Shown here one piece after another: positions 19,239-30,016 of a DNA stretch of 64,000 nucleotides. How positions within the stretch are numbered: the stretch's first letter is position 1; each line of letters opens with the position of its first letter. The notes under the pieces are model-generated. The model saw nothing but the letters and a program-made list of their open reading frames with translations. It did not search any database and was not told where the DNA came from. Both the position numbers and the translations under genes were made by a program. This stretch comes from an uncultured Bifidobacterium sp. (lineage in GTDB: Bacteria; Actinomycetota; Actinomycetes; Nanopelagicales; Nanopelagicaceae), in assembly GCA_964567545.1 (NCBI GenBank), contig CAZMNB010000001.1:43763-107762 (forward strand). The letters are read 5' to 3'.

Positions 19239-22200
19239 CTTTGTAGCGAACGGACTGCTAGTTGATCGTTGCGGAGCGATTGAATTCCAGCCACCGCTGC
19301 CCTAAATCCGGGAATCGTGGTTATGCAAGGAAGTGATCTCTGGATTGCCGCAGTTCTAATTAGCCAGCCATCTTGTCGGGTACCCCGTCCCAGCGGTGTA
19401 TTGATAACCAAATCAACCTGGCCTGCAGCAATAATTTCTACCGCTGATTGGACAACGTTGCCTGCATTTGGTTCGGAATGTTTGCGAACCAATGTGGAGC
19501 TAACGCCATTAGCTGCTAAATATGAATGAGTTCCAGAGGTTGCATAAATCGTAAATCCCATTCTAAAAAGCTCGGTAGCTGCAGCGAGTGCGGCGCTCTT
19601 ATCTCGCTCAGAAAGTGATAAGAAGACTGAACCACGCTGCGGCAATGGTCCGAAAGATGCGATCTGACTCTTGGCATAAGCCGTTCCAAAATTATCTGCA
19701 ATGCCCATAACTTCGCCAGTAGAACGCATCTCTGGACCAAGTACAGAATCAACGCCTTTTCCATCTGTTCTACGAAATCTATTCCAAGGAAGCACTGCTT
19801 CCTTTACTGATATTCCATGTGCGATTCCGACATCGGAGTTCGGAACCATCTTGCGTTCACGCAACTCCGACAATTTTGCTCCAACGCAAATTTGGGCCGC
19901 AGCCTTAGCCAACTGCACTCCAGTAGCTTTTGAAACATAAGGTACCGTGCGTGAAGCCCTTGGATTAGCTTCCAAAACATATAGCTGATTATCGGCAATT
20001 GCATATTGAATGTTTATTAAACCGACCACGCCAACACCACGCGCTATCTTTTCAGTTGCTTCTCTAATCTCCGTCAATTGATCTGCAGTAAGTGACATGC
20101 TGGGCAGTACACAAGCAGAATCTCCGGAATGAATTCCAGCCTCCTCGATATGCTCCATAACCCCAGCTAGATAGAGCGAACCACCATCGAAAAGTGCATC
20201 AACATCTATTTCAATTGCGTCATCTAGAAATCTATCAATTAAGACGGGATGATTTGGAGTAATTTCCGTTGCCCTAATAATGAAAGATTTCAGCGATTCG
20301 TCGTCATAAACAATCTCCATACCGCGACCGCCTAGTACAAACGACGGTCTTACCAGAACTGGATATTTGATTCTGGTTGCAACTAATACTGCTTCTTCAA
20401 AGGAGTAAGCCATTCCATATTCTGGTGCGCGTAATCCCGCTTCGGTAAGTATTCTGCCGAATTCACCACGATCTTCCGCGAGGTTAATGGCCGCTGGTGT
20501 AGTACCAAGGATTGTCACGCCGTTCTCCATTAAACCTTGGGCCAACCCGAGCGGTGTTTGTCCGCCAAGTTGGGCAATCACACCAAGGATTGGACCCGCC
20601 TGCGCTTCTGCATTGATAATTTCTAGCACATCTTCAAGAGTTAAGGGTTCAAAGTAGAGTCGATCGGAGGTGTCATAATCGGTCGAAACAGTTTCAGGAT
20701 TGCAATTGATCATAATAGTTTCATAACCAGCTTCGCTAAGCGTGAAGGAAGCGTGAACGCAAGAATAATCGAACTCTATTCCTTGACCGATTCGATTCGG
20801 TCCAGAACCTAAAATAATTACCGCTGGTTTAGTACGTGGCTTTACCTCACTTTCTTCTTCGTAAGTCGAATAATGATAGGGAGTGAATGCCTCGAATTCT
20901 GCGGCGCAGGTATCAACGGTTTTATACACCGGGCGTAATTGGAATCTATGGCGCAATCTTCTAACTTCTTCCTCTGAAATATCGCGCAGAAGTGAAATCT
21001 GGAGATCAGAGAATCCCATTCGCTTCGCCTGCAATAACAGAGATCTATCTAATTCGCCTACGCCTTTGATTCGCATCGCCATATCGTTTATCAGGTTAAT
21101 TTGAGTCAGGAACCATATATCTATCTTGGTTGCGCTATGAACTTGCGCAATCGATGCCCCTAATGAGAGAGCTTGTTGCACTTGACTCAATCTGAATTCA
21201 GTTGGTACCCGCATTAATTCAAGTAATTGCGCCAATTCGTAATCGGATTTTCCCCAAGAGAAACTACTTCCTTTTTTCTCCAGCGACCTAAGTGCTTTTT
21301 GCAACGCTTCTGGAAAACTTCTTCCGATTGCCATCGCTTCCCCAACACTTTTCATCGTAGTAGTTAGGCGCGGATCTGCCTCCGGAAACTTCTCAAAGGC
21401 AAACCTAGGTACTTTAACTACTATGTAATCCAAAGTTGGTTCAAATGATGCCGGAGTCATTTTCGTGATGTCGTTTTTAATCTCATCAAGTGAATATCCA
21501 ATTGCTAATTTGGTGGCGATTTTGGCTATTGGAAAGCCGGTAGCTTTCGAAGCTAGCGCGCTAGATCGCGAAACTCGCGGGTTCATTTCGATTACAACAA
21601 TCCGACCATCACTTGGGTTTATCGCGAATTGGATATTACAACCACCGGTGGCCACTCCTACTTCACGAATAATATCTATTGATAAATCACGTAAGTTCTG
21701 AAACTCAACATCGGTCAAAGTTAACGCTGGGGCAACTGTAATTGAATCTCCGGTATGAACACCCATTGGATCAATATTCTCAATGCTACAAACGATCACA
21801 ACATTGTCATTATGATCTCGCATAACCTCAAGTTCATACTCTTTCCAACCAAGAATTGATTCTTCTAAAAGAACTTCCGAAGTTGGGCTATGTCGTAAAC
21901 CAGCTCCCGCAATCAAATCTAAATCTTCACTATTGAAAGCGATTCCCGAACCGAGACCACCCATTGTGAAAGAAGGACGAACCACAACTGGATATTTCAA
22001 TTCCGATACAGCGCTATGACAATCCGCCATTGTGTGGCATATGACAGATTTGGCTGATTGACCACCAATTTTCGCAACGATGCTACGGAAAATCTCACGA
22101 TTTTCGCCGCGCTCGATTGCCTCAACATCAGCACCAATCAATTTAGTACCGTATTTTTCTAATAACCCAGCTTTATGCAAACCTATCGCCGCATTTAACG

Positions 22201-22483
22201 CAGTTTGTCCACCTAATGTCGCCAAAATGGCATCCGGGCGTTCCTTTGCGATTATCTCTTCTAAGAATTGTGTAGTTATTGGTTCAATATAAGTTGCATC
22301 GGCAAACTCTGGATCGGTCATAATTGTTGCGGGATTTGAATTCACTAAGATAACGCGAATACCTTCACTCCGTAGAACCCGGCAAGCTTGGGTACCTGAG
22401 TAGTCAAATTCGCAGGCTTGGCCGATGACTATCGGACCACTACCGATTACCAATACGCTTTTTATAGACGAATCTTTAGCCAT
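19226..22483 (-). CDS. carB: carbamoyl-phosphate synthase large subunit
   Basis: 1085 aa with duplicated ATP-grasp halves and an MGS-like C-terminus. The N-terminus [26 protein letters not shown] is canonical. Confidence 0.97.
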   Translation of the reverse strand: MAKDSSIKSVLVIGSGPIVIGQACEFDYSGTQACRVLRSEGIRVILVNSNPATIMTDPEFADATYIEPITTQFLEEIIAKERPDAILATLGGQTALNAAIGLHKAGLLEKYGTKLIGADVEAIERGENREIFRSIVAKIGGQSAKSVICHTMADCHSAVSELKYPVVVRPSFTMGGLGSGIAFNSEDLDLIAGAGLRHSPTSEVLLEESILGWKEYELEVMRDHNDNVVIVCSIENIDPMGVHTGDSITVAPALTLTDVEFQNLRDLSIDIIREVGVATGGCNIQFAINPSDGRIVVIEMNPRVSRSSALASKATGFPIAKIATKLAIGYSLDEIKNDITKMTPASFEPTLDYIVVKVPRFAFEKFPEADPRLTTTMKSVGEAMAIGRSFPEALQKALRSLEKKGSSFSWGKSDYELAQLLELMRVPTEFRLSQVQQALSLGASIAQVHSATKIDIWFLTQINLINDMAMRIKGVGELDRSLLLQAKRMGFSDLQISLLRDISEEEVRRLRHRFQLRPVYKTVDTCAAEFEAFTPYHYSTYEEESEVKPRTKPAVIILGSGPNRIGQGIEFDYSCVHASFTLSEAGYETIMINCNPETVSTDYDTSDRLYFEPLTLEDVLEIINAEAQAGPILGVIAQLGGQTPLGLAQGLMENGVTILGTTPAAINLAEDRGEFGRILTEAGLRAPEYGMAYSFEEAVLVATRIKYPVLVRPSFVLGGRGMEIVYDDESLKSFIIRATEITPNHPVLIDRFLDDAIEIDVDALFDGGSLYLAGVMEHIEEAGIHSGDSACVLPSMSLTADQLTEIREATEKIARGVGVVGLINIQYAIADNQLYVLEANPRASRTVPYVSKATGVQLAKAAAQICVGAKLSELRERKMVPNSDVGIAHGISVKEAVLPWNRFRRTDGKGVDSVLGPEMRSTGEVMGIADNFGTAYAKSQIASFGPLPQRGSVFLSLSERDKSAALAAATELFRMGFTIYATSGTHSYLAANGVSSTLVRKHSEPNAGNVVQSAVEIIAAGQVDLVINTPLGRGTRQDGWLIRTAAIQRSLPCITTIPGFRAAVAGIQSLRNDQLAVRSLQSWLS

Positions 22484-23591
22484 GGCTCCTCCGCATCAAT
22501 TCGGCAAAGTCGTCAAAAAGATAATTGGCATCGTGAGGACCGGCAGCTGCTTCAGGATGGTATTGCACACTAAAAGCTGGACGATCTAATAATCTAAGAC
22601 CTTCAACAACGCCGTCATTTAAAGAGATATGGGTTACTTCGCCAGTTCCATAAACAGTAGCGAAGTGGGAATCCGTTGGCGCTTCCACCGCAAAACCGTG
22701 ATTATGTGCCGTGATCTCTACTCTTCCCGTTAATTTATTTAATACCGGTTGATTAATCCCGCGATGTCCAAATTGCAATTTATATGTTTCAAAACCTAAC
22801 GCCCGCCCTAAAATTTGTTGGCCAAAACAAATTCCGAATATAGGAATCCGTCTCTCCAAGATTTGACGAACCAAATTGATTACCTCAGTCATGGCTGCTG
22901 GATCACCTGGCCCATTGGAGAGGAAAATGCCATCCGGATTTAACGCTTCGATCTCCGAAATCGTAGAAGCGATTGGCAGAACATGTACTTCCATACCTCG
23001 AGCGGCCATATTTCTAGGTGTTGCCGCTTTAATACCTAAATCTAGCGCCGCAACTGTAAATTCTTTCTGGACTCCAGAAGGCGGTGCAACGATATAAGAC
23101 TTAGGAGTTGAAACATCTTGCGCTAAGTAAGCACCGCTCATGCCTGGGGCTTTGCGCACTCGAATCACCATCTCCTCTCGAGTTAAATCCAAACCTGAGA
23201 AAATTCCAACACGCATTGCACCGCGATCTCGCAAATGGCGCGTTAAAGCCCTGGTATCAACTCCGCTAATTCCCACCACGTTTGCTGCGAGCAAATCGCT
23301 TTCTAAATCTGAATCGGACCGCCAATTGGATGTGACCGGTGATGGATTTCTAACTACAAAGCCTGAGACCCAAATCCGTTTCGACTCTTTATCAATTTTA
23401 TTCATTCCGGTATTACCGATATGTGGCGCAGTCATAATCACAACTTGTTTATGATAGGAAGGATCAGTAAGCGTTTCTTGATATCCAGTCATACCAGTGG
23501 TAAAAACTGCTTCCCCGAATGTTTCACCAGTTGCCGCCCAAGAATCACCTTCAAAAATCCGACCATCATCTAGTACAAGAAAAGCAGCCAT
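22476..23591 (-). CDS. carA: carbamoyl-phosphate synthase small (glutaminase) subunit
   Basis: 371 aa. The catalytic site [12 protein letters not shown] and the motif HNHGFAV are present. It overlaps the carB start. Confidence 0.95.
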   Translation of the reverse strand: MAAFLVLDDGRIFEGDSWAATGETFGEAVFTTGMTGYQETLTDPSYHKQVVIMTAPHIGNTGMNKIDKESKRIWVSGFVVRNPSPVTSNWRSDSDLESDLLAANVVGISGVDTRALTRHLRDRGAMRVGIFSGLDLTREEMVIRVRKAPGMSGAYLAQDVSTPKSYIVAPPSGVQKEFTVAALDLGIKAATPRNMAARGMEVHVLPIASTISEIEALNPDGIFLSNGPGDPAAMTEVINLVRQILERRIPIFGICFGQQILGRALGFETYKLQFGHRGINQPVLNKLTGRVEITAHNHGFAVEAPTDSHFATVYGTGEVTHISLNDGVVEGLRLLDRPAFSVQYHPEAAAGPHDANYLFDDFAELMRRSHG

Positions 23592-24886
23592 TAAGAATTA
23601 CCTAAAACTTTTGAATCCGACATAACTTGTTTTCCGTTATAAAAAACATCTGTCACTACGCCAGGTAACTCCATGCCATGAAACGGAGTGTTGCGACTCT
23701 TTGACTTGGCCGCATCCTTATTGACAGTCCAGCGCTTATTTGGATTGAAGACCGTGATATTTGCGAAATTGCCGACCGCTAGCCCTTCTCCTTGGTTGGC
23801 ATACCCAGCGATTTTTGCTGGCGCGATTGATAACCGGTCGCTTAAATCGCTCCAACTCATCAGTTTGCTCTCAATCATGGTCTTCACAACGATCGAAAGC
23901 GCGGTTTCCAAGCCAATCATTCCAAACGAAGCTGCTTGCCATTCGCATTCTTTGCTTTCAGTTGGATGTGGGGCGTGATCGGTTGCAACAATATCGATGG
24001 TTCCGTCAGCCAAGCCCTCCCGTAAAGCTTCAACATCGCGCAGTGTTCGAAGTGGCGGGTTTACTTTAAAAACTGGATCATAACTTTCTGCTAAATCATC
24101 AGTTAATAGCAGATGGTGCGGTGTAACTTCCGCAGTTACATTTATGCCGCGAGCTTTTGCCCATCTAATTAACTCCACTCCGCCAGCCGTTGTTACATGA
24201 CAAAGATGCAATCTGGATTGAACATGATCGGTAATTAAGATATCTCGGGCGATAATCGCTTCTTCTGCCACTGCTGGCCAACCCTTTAAACCAAGTTTCG
24301 CCGAAATAAGCCCTTCATTCATCTGAGCATCAATAGTAAGTCGTGGATCCTGCGCGTGCTGGGCAATAACACCATCAAACATTTTCACATATTCGAGCGC
24401 GCGTCGCATAACTAATGGATCAAAAACGCAGTGGCCATCATCGCTAAACACTCGGACTTTGGCAGCAGATTCTGCCATTGCCAAAATCTCAGCTAGTTGT
24501 TTACCTTCTTGACCTTGAGTTACCGCTCCGATTGGGAACACATCACAAAGCGCTGCGGCTTTTCCTAAACTGAAAACTTGTTCGACAACACCTGCATTAT
24601 CTGCAACTGGATCTGTATTTGGCATCGCCGAAATGGCGGTGAAGCCACCGGCCACGGCTGCGCGAGCTCCACTTTCAACAGTTTCAGCATCTTCTTTTCC
24701 GGGTTCGCGAAGATGTGTATGTAGATCCACCAACCCCGGCAAAATTATTGATCCAGTGATATCGATTATGTAACTTGCGGTACTGGGAGTGTTTTTAGAG
24801 ATATCGGAAATTTTTTGATCGATAATTGTTAAATTGATTTGCTCGCCGGCGGCGGTTATGCCGCCTACCAATGATATTTGCGCCAT
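23591..24886 (-). CDS. pyrC: dihydroorotase
   Basis: 431 aa amidohydrolase. PGLVDLHTHLREPG and the TDHAPH motif are present. It lies between pyrB and carA. Confidence 0.93.
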   Translation of the reverse strand: MAQISLVGGITAAGEQINLTIIDQKISDISKNTPSTASYIIDITGSIILPGLVDLHTHLREPGKEDAETVESGARAAVAGGFTAISAMPNTDPVADNAGVVEQVFSLGKAAALCDVFPIGAVTQGQEGKQLAEILAMAESAAKVRVFSDDGHCVFDPLVMRRALEYVKMFDGVIAQHAQDPRLTIDAQMNEGLISAKLGLKGWPAVAEEAIIARDILITDHVQSRLHLCHVTTAGGVELIRWAKARGINVTAEVTPHHLLLTDDLAESYDPVFKVNPPLRTLRDVEALREGLADGTIDIVATDHAPHPTESKECEWQAASFGMIGLETALSIVVKTMIESKLMSWSDLSDRLSIAPAKIAGYANQGEGLAVGNFANITVFNPNKRWTVNKDAAKSKSRNTPFHGMELPGVVTDVFYNGKQVMSDSKVLGNS

Positions 24887-25864
24887 TTAAGCACCTACCT
24901 TCTGGTTACTTTCCGCTGCTGCCCCAATAGATAATGGAGCGCCACCCAAAAGTAAATAAAGCACCGCCATACGTACGCTTACCCCATTGGTAACTTGCTC
25001 CACAATTACTGATTGCAAACTATCAGCGCTATCTGCTGAGATTTCCAATCCTCGGTTCATAGGACCAGGATGCATTACTAGTGAAGTTGGTTTCAATTTT
25101 TTCAATCGATCGCTATTTAAGCCAAACTGGCGGGAATATTCACGCTCGCTAGGAAAGAATAACTCTGCCATCCGTTCCCGTTGAATTCTTAACATCATGA
25201 CTACATCCATTTTGGCAATTACGCTATCTAAACCAAATGCGAGCTTTACCGGCCAACTCTCTACGCCAACCGGTAATAAAGTCGGTGGTGCCACCAGGGT
25301 AATTTCGGCACCGAGCTTATCTAGCAACAAAACATTGCTTCGCGCAACTCTGGAATGCAATACATCGCCCACTATCGCAATTTTTACGCCGGAGAGATCT
25401 TTACTCTCGGAGCGCAAATGTTTGCGAATCGTGAACGCATCCAGCAGCGCTTGAGTCGGGTGTTCATGCGTTCCATCGCCAGCGTTAATTACCGAACCAG
25501 TCATCCATTCTTGATCAGCCAATCGAGCCGGTGCGCCTGATGCGCCATGTCGAATGATCACAGCGTCAGCACCCATCGCTTGTAAGGTAAGCGCAGTATC
25601 TTTTAAACTCTCGCCCTTGCTTAAACTTGAGCCTTTCGCTGAAAAATTAATCACATCGGCTGACAATCTCTTAGCTGCAGCCTCAAAAGATATTCGAGTT
25701 CTAGTCGAGTCTTCGAAAAATAGATTTACTACCGTTCGTCCACGAAGTGTTGGAAGTTTCTTAACTGGAGCATCCGAAATTTTCGCCAGTTCAGTAGCTG
25801 TATCTAAAATTTGAACCGCGTCCTCATATGTGAGGTCATTGATACTTAGTAGGTGGCGTTTCAT
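24887..25864 (-). CDS. pyrB: aspartate carbamoyltransferase catalytic subunit
   Basis: 325 aa. The [17 protein letters not shown] and HPGPMNRG motifs are present. Confidence 0.95.
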   Translation of the reverse strand: MKRHLLSINDLTYEDAVQILDTATELAKISDAPVKKLPTLRGRTVVNLFFEDSTRTRISFEAAAKRLSADVINFSAKGSSLSKGESLKDTALTLQAMGADAVIIRHGASGAPARLADQEWMTGSVINAGDGTHEHPTQALLDAFTIRKHLRSESKDLSGVKIAIVGDVLHSRVARSNVLLLDKLGAEITLVAPPTLLPVGVESWPVKLAFGLDSVIAKMDVVMMLRIQRERMAELFFPSEREYSRQFGLNSDRLKKLKPTSLVMHPGPMNRGLEISADSADSLQSVIVEQVTNGVSVRMAVLYLLLGGAPLSIGAAAESNQKVGA

Positions 25865-26391
25865 GCTTTTCCTTCAATCAAAACTTCATCGTGGCCATCA
25901 ATCTCAGAGAGATGTACTTTCACAACTTCATCTCTAGCGGTGGGAATATTTTTGCCAACGAAATCGGCGCGAATGGGCAATTCTCGATGTCCGCGATCAA
26001 CTAAAACCGCAAGTTGCACCGTATTCGGTCTCCCCAATTCTCCGAGAGCATCAAGAGCCGCTCGTATAGTACGTCCGGAAAAGAAAACATCATCAACTAA
26101 AACAAGATCGGTATTTTCAATTCCACCAATTGGAATTTCAGTTGGCAATAGGGCTTTCGGTGCTCGCATCCTTAAATCATCCCGAAACATCGTGATATCC
26201 AAAGTTCCGCGTCGGATCTCTTTGCCTTCAATTTGCGAGATTAAATCCGCTATCCGCGCCGAAAGAAATGCGCCCCTGGTCGGTATTCCAAGAATTACCA
26301 GATTTTCACTACCGTGGTTTCGCTCAATAATTTCATGTGCGATACGTCTAAGCGCACGGGCGATATCGCCATCGTTCATGACGTTAGTCAT
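25861..26391 (-). CDS. pyrR: bifunctional pyr operon regulator / uracil phosphoribosyltransferase PyrR
   Basis: 176 aa. The PRPP motif [17 protein letters not shown] is present, and this is the first gene of the pyr operon. Confidence 0.93.
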   Translation of the reverse strand: MTNVMNDGDIARALRRIAHEIIERNHGSENLVILGIPTRGAFLSARIADLISQIEGKEIRRGTLDITMFRDDLRMRAPKALLPTEIPIGGIENTDLVLVDDVFFSGRTIRAALDALGELGRPNTVQLAVLVDRGHRELPIRADFVGKNIPTARDEVVKVHLSEIDGHDEVLIEGKA

Positions 26392-26405
26392 TTTTTTCTC
26401 CTTCG

Positions 26406-26421
26406 CCGCCTCACAGGACGG
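26406..26421 (-). promoter_or_regulatory. candidate PyrR-binding RNA hairpin in the pyrR leader
   Basis: The minus-strand RNA reads CCGUCCUGUGAGGCGG, then CG, then the SD AAGGAG, then A7 and AUG. The loop UCCUGUGAGGC resembles the PyrR box core UCCAGAGAGGC, with two substitutions in the 11-nt core. It lies 2 nt from the SD, as in the mycobacterial translational-repression arrangement. Confidence 0.4.
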
Positions 26422-26501
26422 ATCGTTAAAGGTTGCCCGAGGCTACCACCTGGTTGTGGACTGGCAAAATATTCCCGAAACGTCGGGTCTAACGTGTCGC
26501 C

Positions 26502-26981
26502 ATGGATAAATTTCTTACTTCAGATGCCGGAATAACCTGGACCGAGATTGGGCGCAACCTTCGACAAATCCGACTTGATAAAGGCTTAACTCTGAAAGAA
26601 GTTGAAGTGAATTCTAAAGGTAAGTGGAAAGCAGTAGTAATCGGATCTTACGAACGAACCAACCGAGCGCTAACCATAAAAAAGGCCATTGCTTTGGCAG
26701 ATTTTTATCAAGTTCCGCTTAGCCATCTGCTTGGGATATCCCGAAATATCAAGCAAGCAGATCCAACCCGCATCAGAATTGATTTACGAAAAGTTTTCGA
26801 AACTAAGAATTTTCCAGAGATAAAACTTTTCGTTGCCTGGATTACCGGCTCTCGTCAAGATTGGAATGGCGAAATTTTAAGCATTCGAAATAGTGACTTA
26901 CTTCCGTTAGCTATCGCGCTAAACCTTGCTGAAGTTGAGGTTATTTCATTACTTCGAAGTTCCAACTTGCTTTACAAATAA
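26502..26981 (+). CDS. bldD: BldD-family XRE-type transcriptional regulator with c-di-GMP-binding C-terminal domain
   Basis: 159 aa. The N-terminal HTH SKGKWKAVVIGSYERTNRALTIKKAIALADFYQVPLSHLL is near-identical in pattern to Streptomyces BldD. The C-terminal RQD-WNGEILSI-RNSD equals the RXD-X8-RXXD motif. Its position between pyrR and nusB is as in Streptomyces. Confidence 0.85.
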   Translation: MDKFLTSDAGITWTEIGRNLRQIRLDKGLTLKEVEVNSKGKWKAVVIGSYERTNRALTIKKAIALADFYQVPLSHLLGISRNIKQADPTRIRIDLRKVFETKNFPEIKLFVAWITGSRQDWNGEILSIRNSDLLPLAIALNLAEVEVISLLRSSNLLYK

Positions 26982-26982
26982 T

Positions 26983-27396
26983 TTAAGAGAGGACAATATC
27001 TTCCTTAATCGACGAAATTCTTCCTAAAATCCCGTTTACATAACCAGCTGATTCATCGGTGGAGAGCGTTTTAGCCATTTCTAACGCTTCGTCGATAGCT
27101 ACAGAATCTGGTACTTGCGTTGACCAAAGCAATTCGTAAATTCCAATTCTCAAAATATTTCGATCTACTGCAGGCATTCGATCCATATCCCAACCTTGCG
27201 CATAAGTTGAAATTAGCTCGTCAATTTTTCTGCGATTATCCGATATTCCCTGCAGTAAGAGCGATGTGTACTCTCTGATTAAAAGGTCACTATCGGCTTT
27301 GCGTGCATCATGAATCGCTATCGCTGATTGATTTCGGATATCTGCTTCGTAGAGTAAATCAAGGGCAGCTTTTCGAGATTTAGAACGTGCGCTCAC
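26983..27396 (-). CDS. nusB: transcription antitermination factor NusB
   Basis: 137 aa. RSKSRKAALDLLYEADI and the block ILRIGIYELLW are present. It lies downstream of efp. Confidence 0.92.
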   Translation of the reverse strand: MSARSKSRKAALDLLYEADIRNQSAIAIHDARKADSDLLIREYTSLLLQGISDNRRKIDELISTYAQGWDMDRMPAVDRNILRIGIYELLWSTQVPDSVAIDEALEMAKTLSTDESAGYVNGILGRISSIKEDIVLS

Positions 27397-27954
27397 TTAC
27401 GCTCGACCCAAATATGCACCGCTACGAGTATCGACCAATATCTTTTCATCCGGTTTAATAAATAACGGAACCGCTACTTCAATCCCGGTCTCAACGGTTG
27501 CAGGTTTTGAACCAGCCGAAGAACGATCACCTTGGATGCCGGGTTCTGTGTAAGTAACAGTTAGCGCCACTGAAGCTGGCAGTTCTATATATAGCGGATT
27601 TCCTTCATGGATTGCGACTACCGCATCGGTATTTTCCAACATGTAATTGGCGGACTCACCAACGGTAGCCGCGGCAATTGTCATCTGATCGTAGGTAGCG
27701 CTATCCATGAAGACGAAATCTTCGCCATCCTTATAGAGAAACTGCATATCGCGTTTCTCTAAAATAGCTACATCGATTTTAATTCCGGCGTTGAATGTTC
27801 GGTCCACAACTTTTCCAGAGAGAACCGAACGCAATTTTGTACGTACGAAAGCTGGTCCCTTACCTGGTTTAACGTGTTGAAAATCTACAACAGTCCAGAG
27901 CTGCCCATCAATTGTTAATGTCATGCCATTTTTCAAATCATTGGTGGTTGCCAC
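27397..27954 (-). CDS. efp: elongation factor P
   Basis: 185 aa. [39 protein letters not shown] is canonical EF-P. Confidence 0.96.
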   Translation of the reverse strand: MATTNDLKNGMTLTIDGQLWTVVDFQHVKPGKGPAFVRTKLRSVLSGKVVDRTFNAGIKIDVAILEKRDMQFLYKDGEDFVFMDSATYDQMTIAAATVGESANYMLENTDAVVAIHEGNPLYIELPASVALTVTYTEPGIQGDRSSAGSKPATVETGIEVAVPLFIKPDEKILVDTRSGAYLGRA

Positions 27955-28022
27955 AATCGCTATCCCATCATCTCTTCTTCCAGATTCAAACGAAATTTTG
28001 AATAAGTGGCAAGGATACCCTG

Positions 28023-28454
28023 TTATTTAACTAGATTGCGCATGGCCAAAATCGCTAGGCGATAAGAATCTAAGCCAAATCCACCGATGGTTCCATTTAC
28101 CACCCCTGATATAACTGAAGTGTGCCTAAATTCTTCGCGTGAAAGTGGATTTGAAATATGAACTTCAATAATCGGGGCCCTCAACATTGTTACTGCATCT
28201 CGAATTGCATAAGAATAATGCGTGAAAGCTGCAGGATTAAAAATAACTGGCGTTTTCTCGTCTGCCGCTTTATGTAGAATTTGGATTAGTTCTGTTTCAC
28301 TATCACTTTGGCGAATTTCAACCGCAACTTCGGCAGCTGCCGCAAATTCATTAATTGACTTTTCTAGATCGGCATACGAAAAATCTCCATAAATTGATGG
28401 TTCACGCAAATCCAGTCGGGCGAGATTGGGTCCATTTAAAACCAGTATCTTCAT
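28023..28454 (-). CDS. aroQ: type II 3-dehydroquinate dehydratase
   Basis: 143 aa. [21 protein letters not shown] and [15 protein letters not shown] are the type II DHQase motifs. Confidence 0.93.
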   Translation of the reverse strand: MKILVLNGPNLARLDLREPSIYGDFSYADLEKSINEFAAAAEVAVEIRQSDSETELIQILHKAADEKTPVIFNPAAFTHYSYAIRDAVTMLRAPIIEVHISNPLSREEFRHTSVISGVVNGTIGGFGLDSYRLAILAMRNLVK

Positions 28455-29497
28455 TTGGCAATTCTCTCATAAATATTTTGAAGAAGTGCTTCATCTACTA
28501 CTTCTAACCGATCCGTTTTCCCTAGCGAAGTAAGCGTTACAAATCGAATCTTTCCGCCACGGTTTTTCTTATCTCTGGTTAAATGCAGATAAACCGCATT
28601 CCATGCAGTTGCTGGATACTCAATTGGTAAATTGAACTTCTTAGCCAAATGACGATGCAGTTCGAGATCACGCTTAGTTAAAGTTCCGTGCGCATGACTC
28701 AACTCGGCCGCGAATACCATCCCGATGGAAACTGCTTCCCCATGTCGTAATTTGAAATTAGAATGCATTTCAATGGCGTGGCCTAGCGTGTGACCGTAAT
28801 TGAGTATCTCGCGGTCAAATGATTCCGTGAAGTCTTTAGAAACAACCGACCCTTTAACTGCCACAGATTTACTAATCAATTTTCCAAAATCAATCGTGTT
28901 CTCGGTTAAGTCATCCAAAATTGATGGGTCCGCGATAAATCCACATTTGATTACCTCGGCAAGTCCTGCGTTACTATCTCGTTCTGATAAAGATTCTAAG
29001 AATTTCATATCAACGATAACTTCAATCGGAGAATGGAAAGAACCAATCAAGTTCTTGCCGTGCGCAGAATTGATACCAGTTTTGCCGCCAATTGCAGCAT
29101 CGACCATACCCGCCAACGTTGTGGGAATTGCTACCCAATCCAAGCCACGTAACCAAGTAGCCGCTACAAAACCTGATAAATCCGTGGTCGCGCCACCGCC
29201 GATACCCACAATTAGATCACGGCGCCCTAAATTAATTCTTCCGCAAATCTCGAGAACGCTTTGGTAAACCTGGAAACTTTTCTGGGTCTCACCTTCGGGT
29301 AGTCGAACCACCTCAAATTTACTCCCGTTTGATTTAACGGCCTGGCTAATACCAAACTTGACATCGAATTCTTCAGGGATCAGCAACAATACTAAATCAC
29401 GATCTGCTGTGATGGTATTTAGTCGTTCTAACCAGTTTTCACCGATTACAACATCATATGCGTGTTCCGAGTGCACCCTAATTTTCATTGGAGCCAT
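28451..29497 (-). CDS. aroB: 3-dehydroquinate synthase
   Basis: 348 aa. GGGATTDLSGFVAATWLRG, AIGGKTG and NYGHTLGHAIE are present. Confidence 0.93.
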   Translation of the reverse strand: MAPMKIRVHSEHAYDVVIGENWLERLNTITADRDLVLLLIPEEFDVKFGISQAVKSNGSKFEVVRLPEGETQKSFQVYQSVLEICGRINLGRRDLIVGIGGGATTDLSGFVAATWLRGLDWVAIPTTLAGMVDAAIGGKTGINSAHGKNLIGSFHSPIEVIVDMKFLESLSERDSNAGLAEVIKCGFIADPSILDDLTENTIDFGKLISKSVAVKGSVVSKDFTESFDREILNYGHTLGHAIEMHSNFKLRHGEAVSIGMVFAAELSHAHGTLTKRDLELHRHLAKKFNLPIEYPATAWNAVYLHLTRDKKNRGGKIRFVTLTSLGKTDRLEVVDEALLQNIYERIAK

Positions 29498-30006
29498 TTC
29501 ATTATCCCAATCCGTTTTAAGATTTCCATCGCTACTTCCTCTGGCTTTTGATTATCGGTAGAAATTTCTACCGTAGCAAGCGATTTGTAAATGGGTCTGC
29601 GGTCCGTCATTAATTTTTGCCACTGTTGGCGCGGATTAGCCAATAATAACGGGCGATCTTTATTAAAGCCGATCCGTGGGGCGGCGTTAGAGATTGACAC
29701 ATCTAGAAAGATTCGATTTGGGATATTGGTAATCGCTGACACATTTTCTGCCCGCAAAATTGCACCGCCACCAACTGCAACGATATCCGCTTCACTATTA
29801 CAGGCTTGGGCCACCGCAACAACTTCCATTTCCCGAAAATATGACTCTCCTTCTTCAATGAATATTTCAGAGATTTTTTTGCCAGCGCTAGTTTCAATCA
29901 TTAGATCAGTGTCGACCGCCGCACTTCCCAACTTGCGCGCTAACGCTCTAGCGATACTCGATTTTCCAGAACCGGGTGGTCCAATCAACACAATTCTTGG
30001 GGGCAT
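29485..30006 (-). CDS. aroK: shikimate kinase
   Basis: 173 aa. The P-loop LIGPPGSGKSSIARALA, the D.D motif and the GGG lid are present. It lies inside the aro operon. Confidence 0.9.
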   Translation of the reverse strand: MPPRIVLIGPPGSGKSSIARALARKLGSAAVDTDLMIETSAGKKISEIFIEEGESYFREMEVVAVAQACNSEADIVAVGGGAILRAENVSAITNIPNRIFLDVSISNAAPRIGFNKDRPLLLANPRQQWQKLMTDRRPIYKSLATVEISTDNQKPEEVAMEILKRIGIMKWLQ

Positions 30007-30016
30007 AAAATCAAAA

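Noticed and set aside
26446-26459. CCAC-N6-GTGG inverted repeat as a BldD box
   Set aside because: It does not fit the Streptomyces BldD-box palindrome as I remember it (TNAC-N5-GTNA-like). It is too short to call an operator without comparative data.
25853-26509. 218-aa plus-strand ORF that covers pyrR exactly and runs into the bldD start
   Set aside because: It is in the antisense frame that shares third codon positions with pyrR. In that frame, stops appear only where the sense strand uses TTA, CTA or TCA. The product is low-complexity and rich in Ser and Arg, with no start context. I treat it as a shadow ORF.
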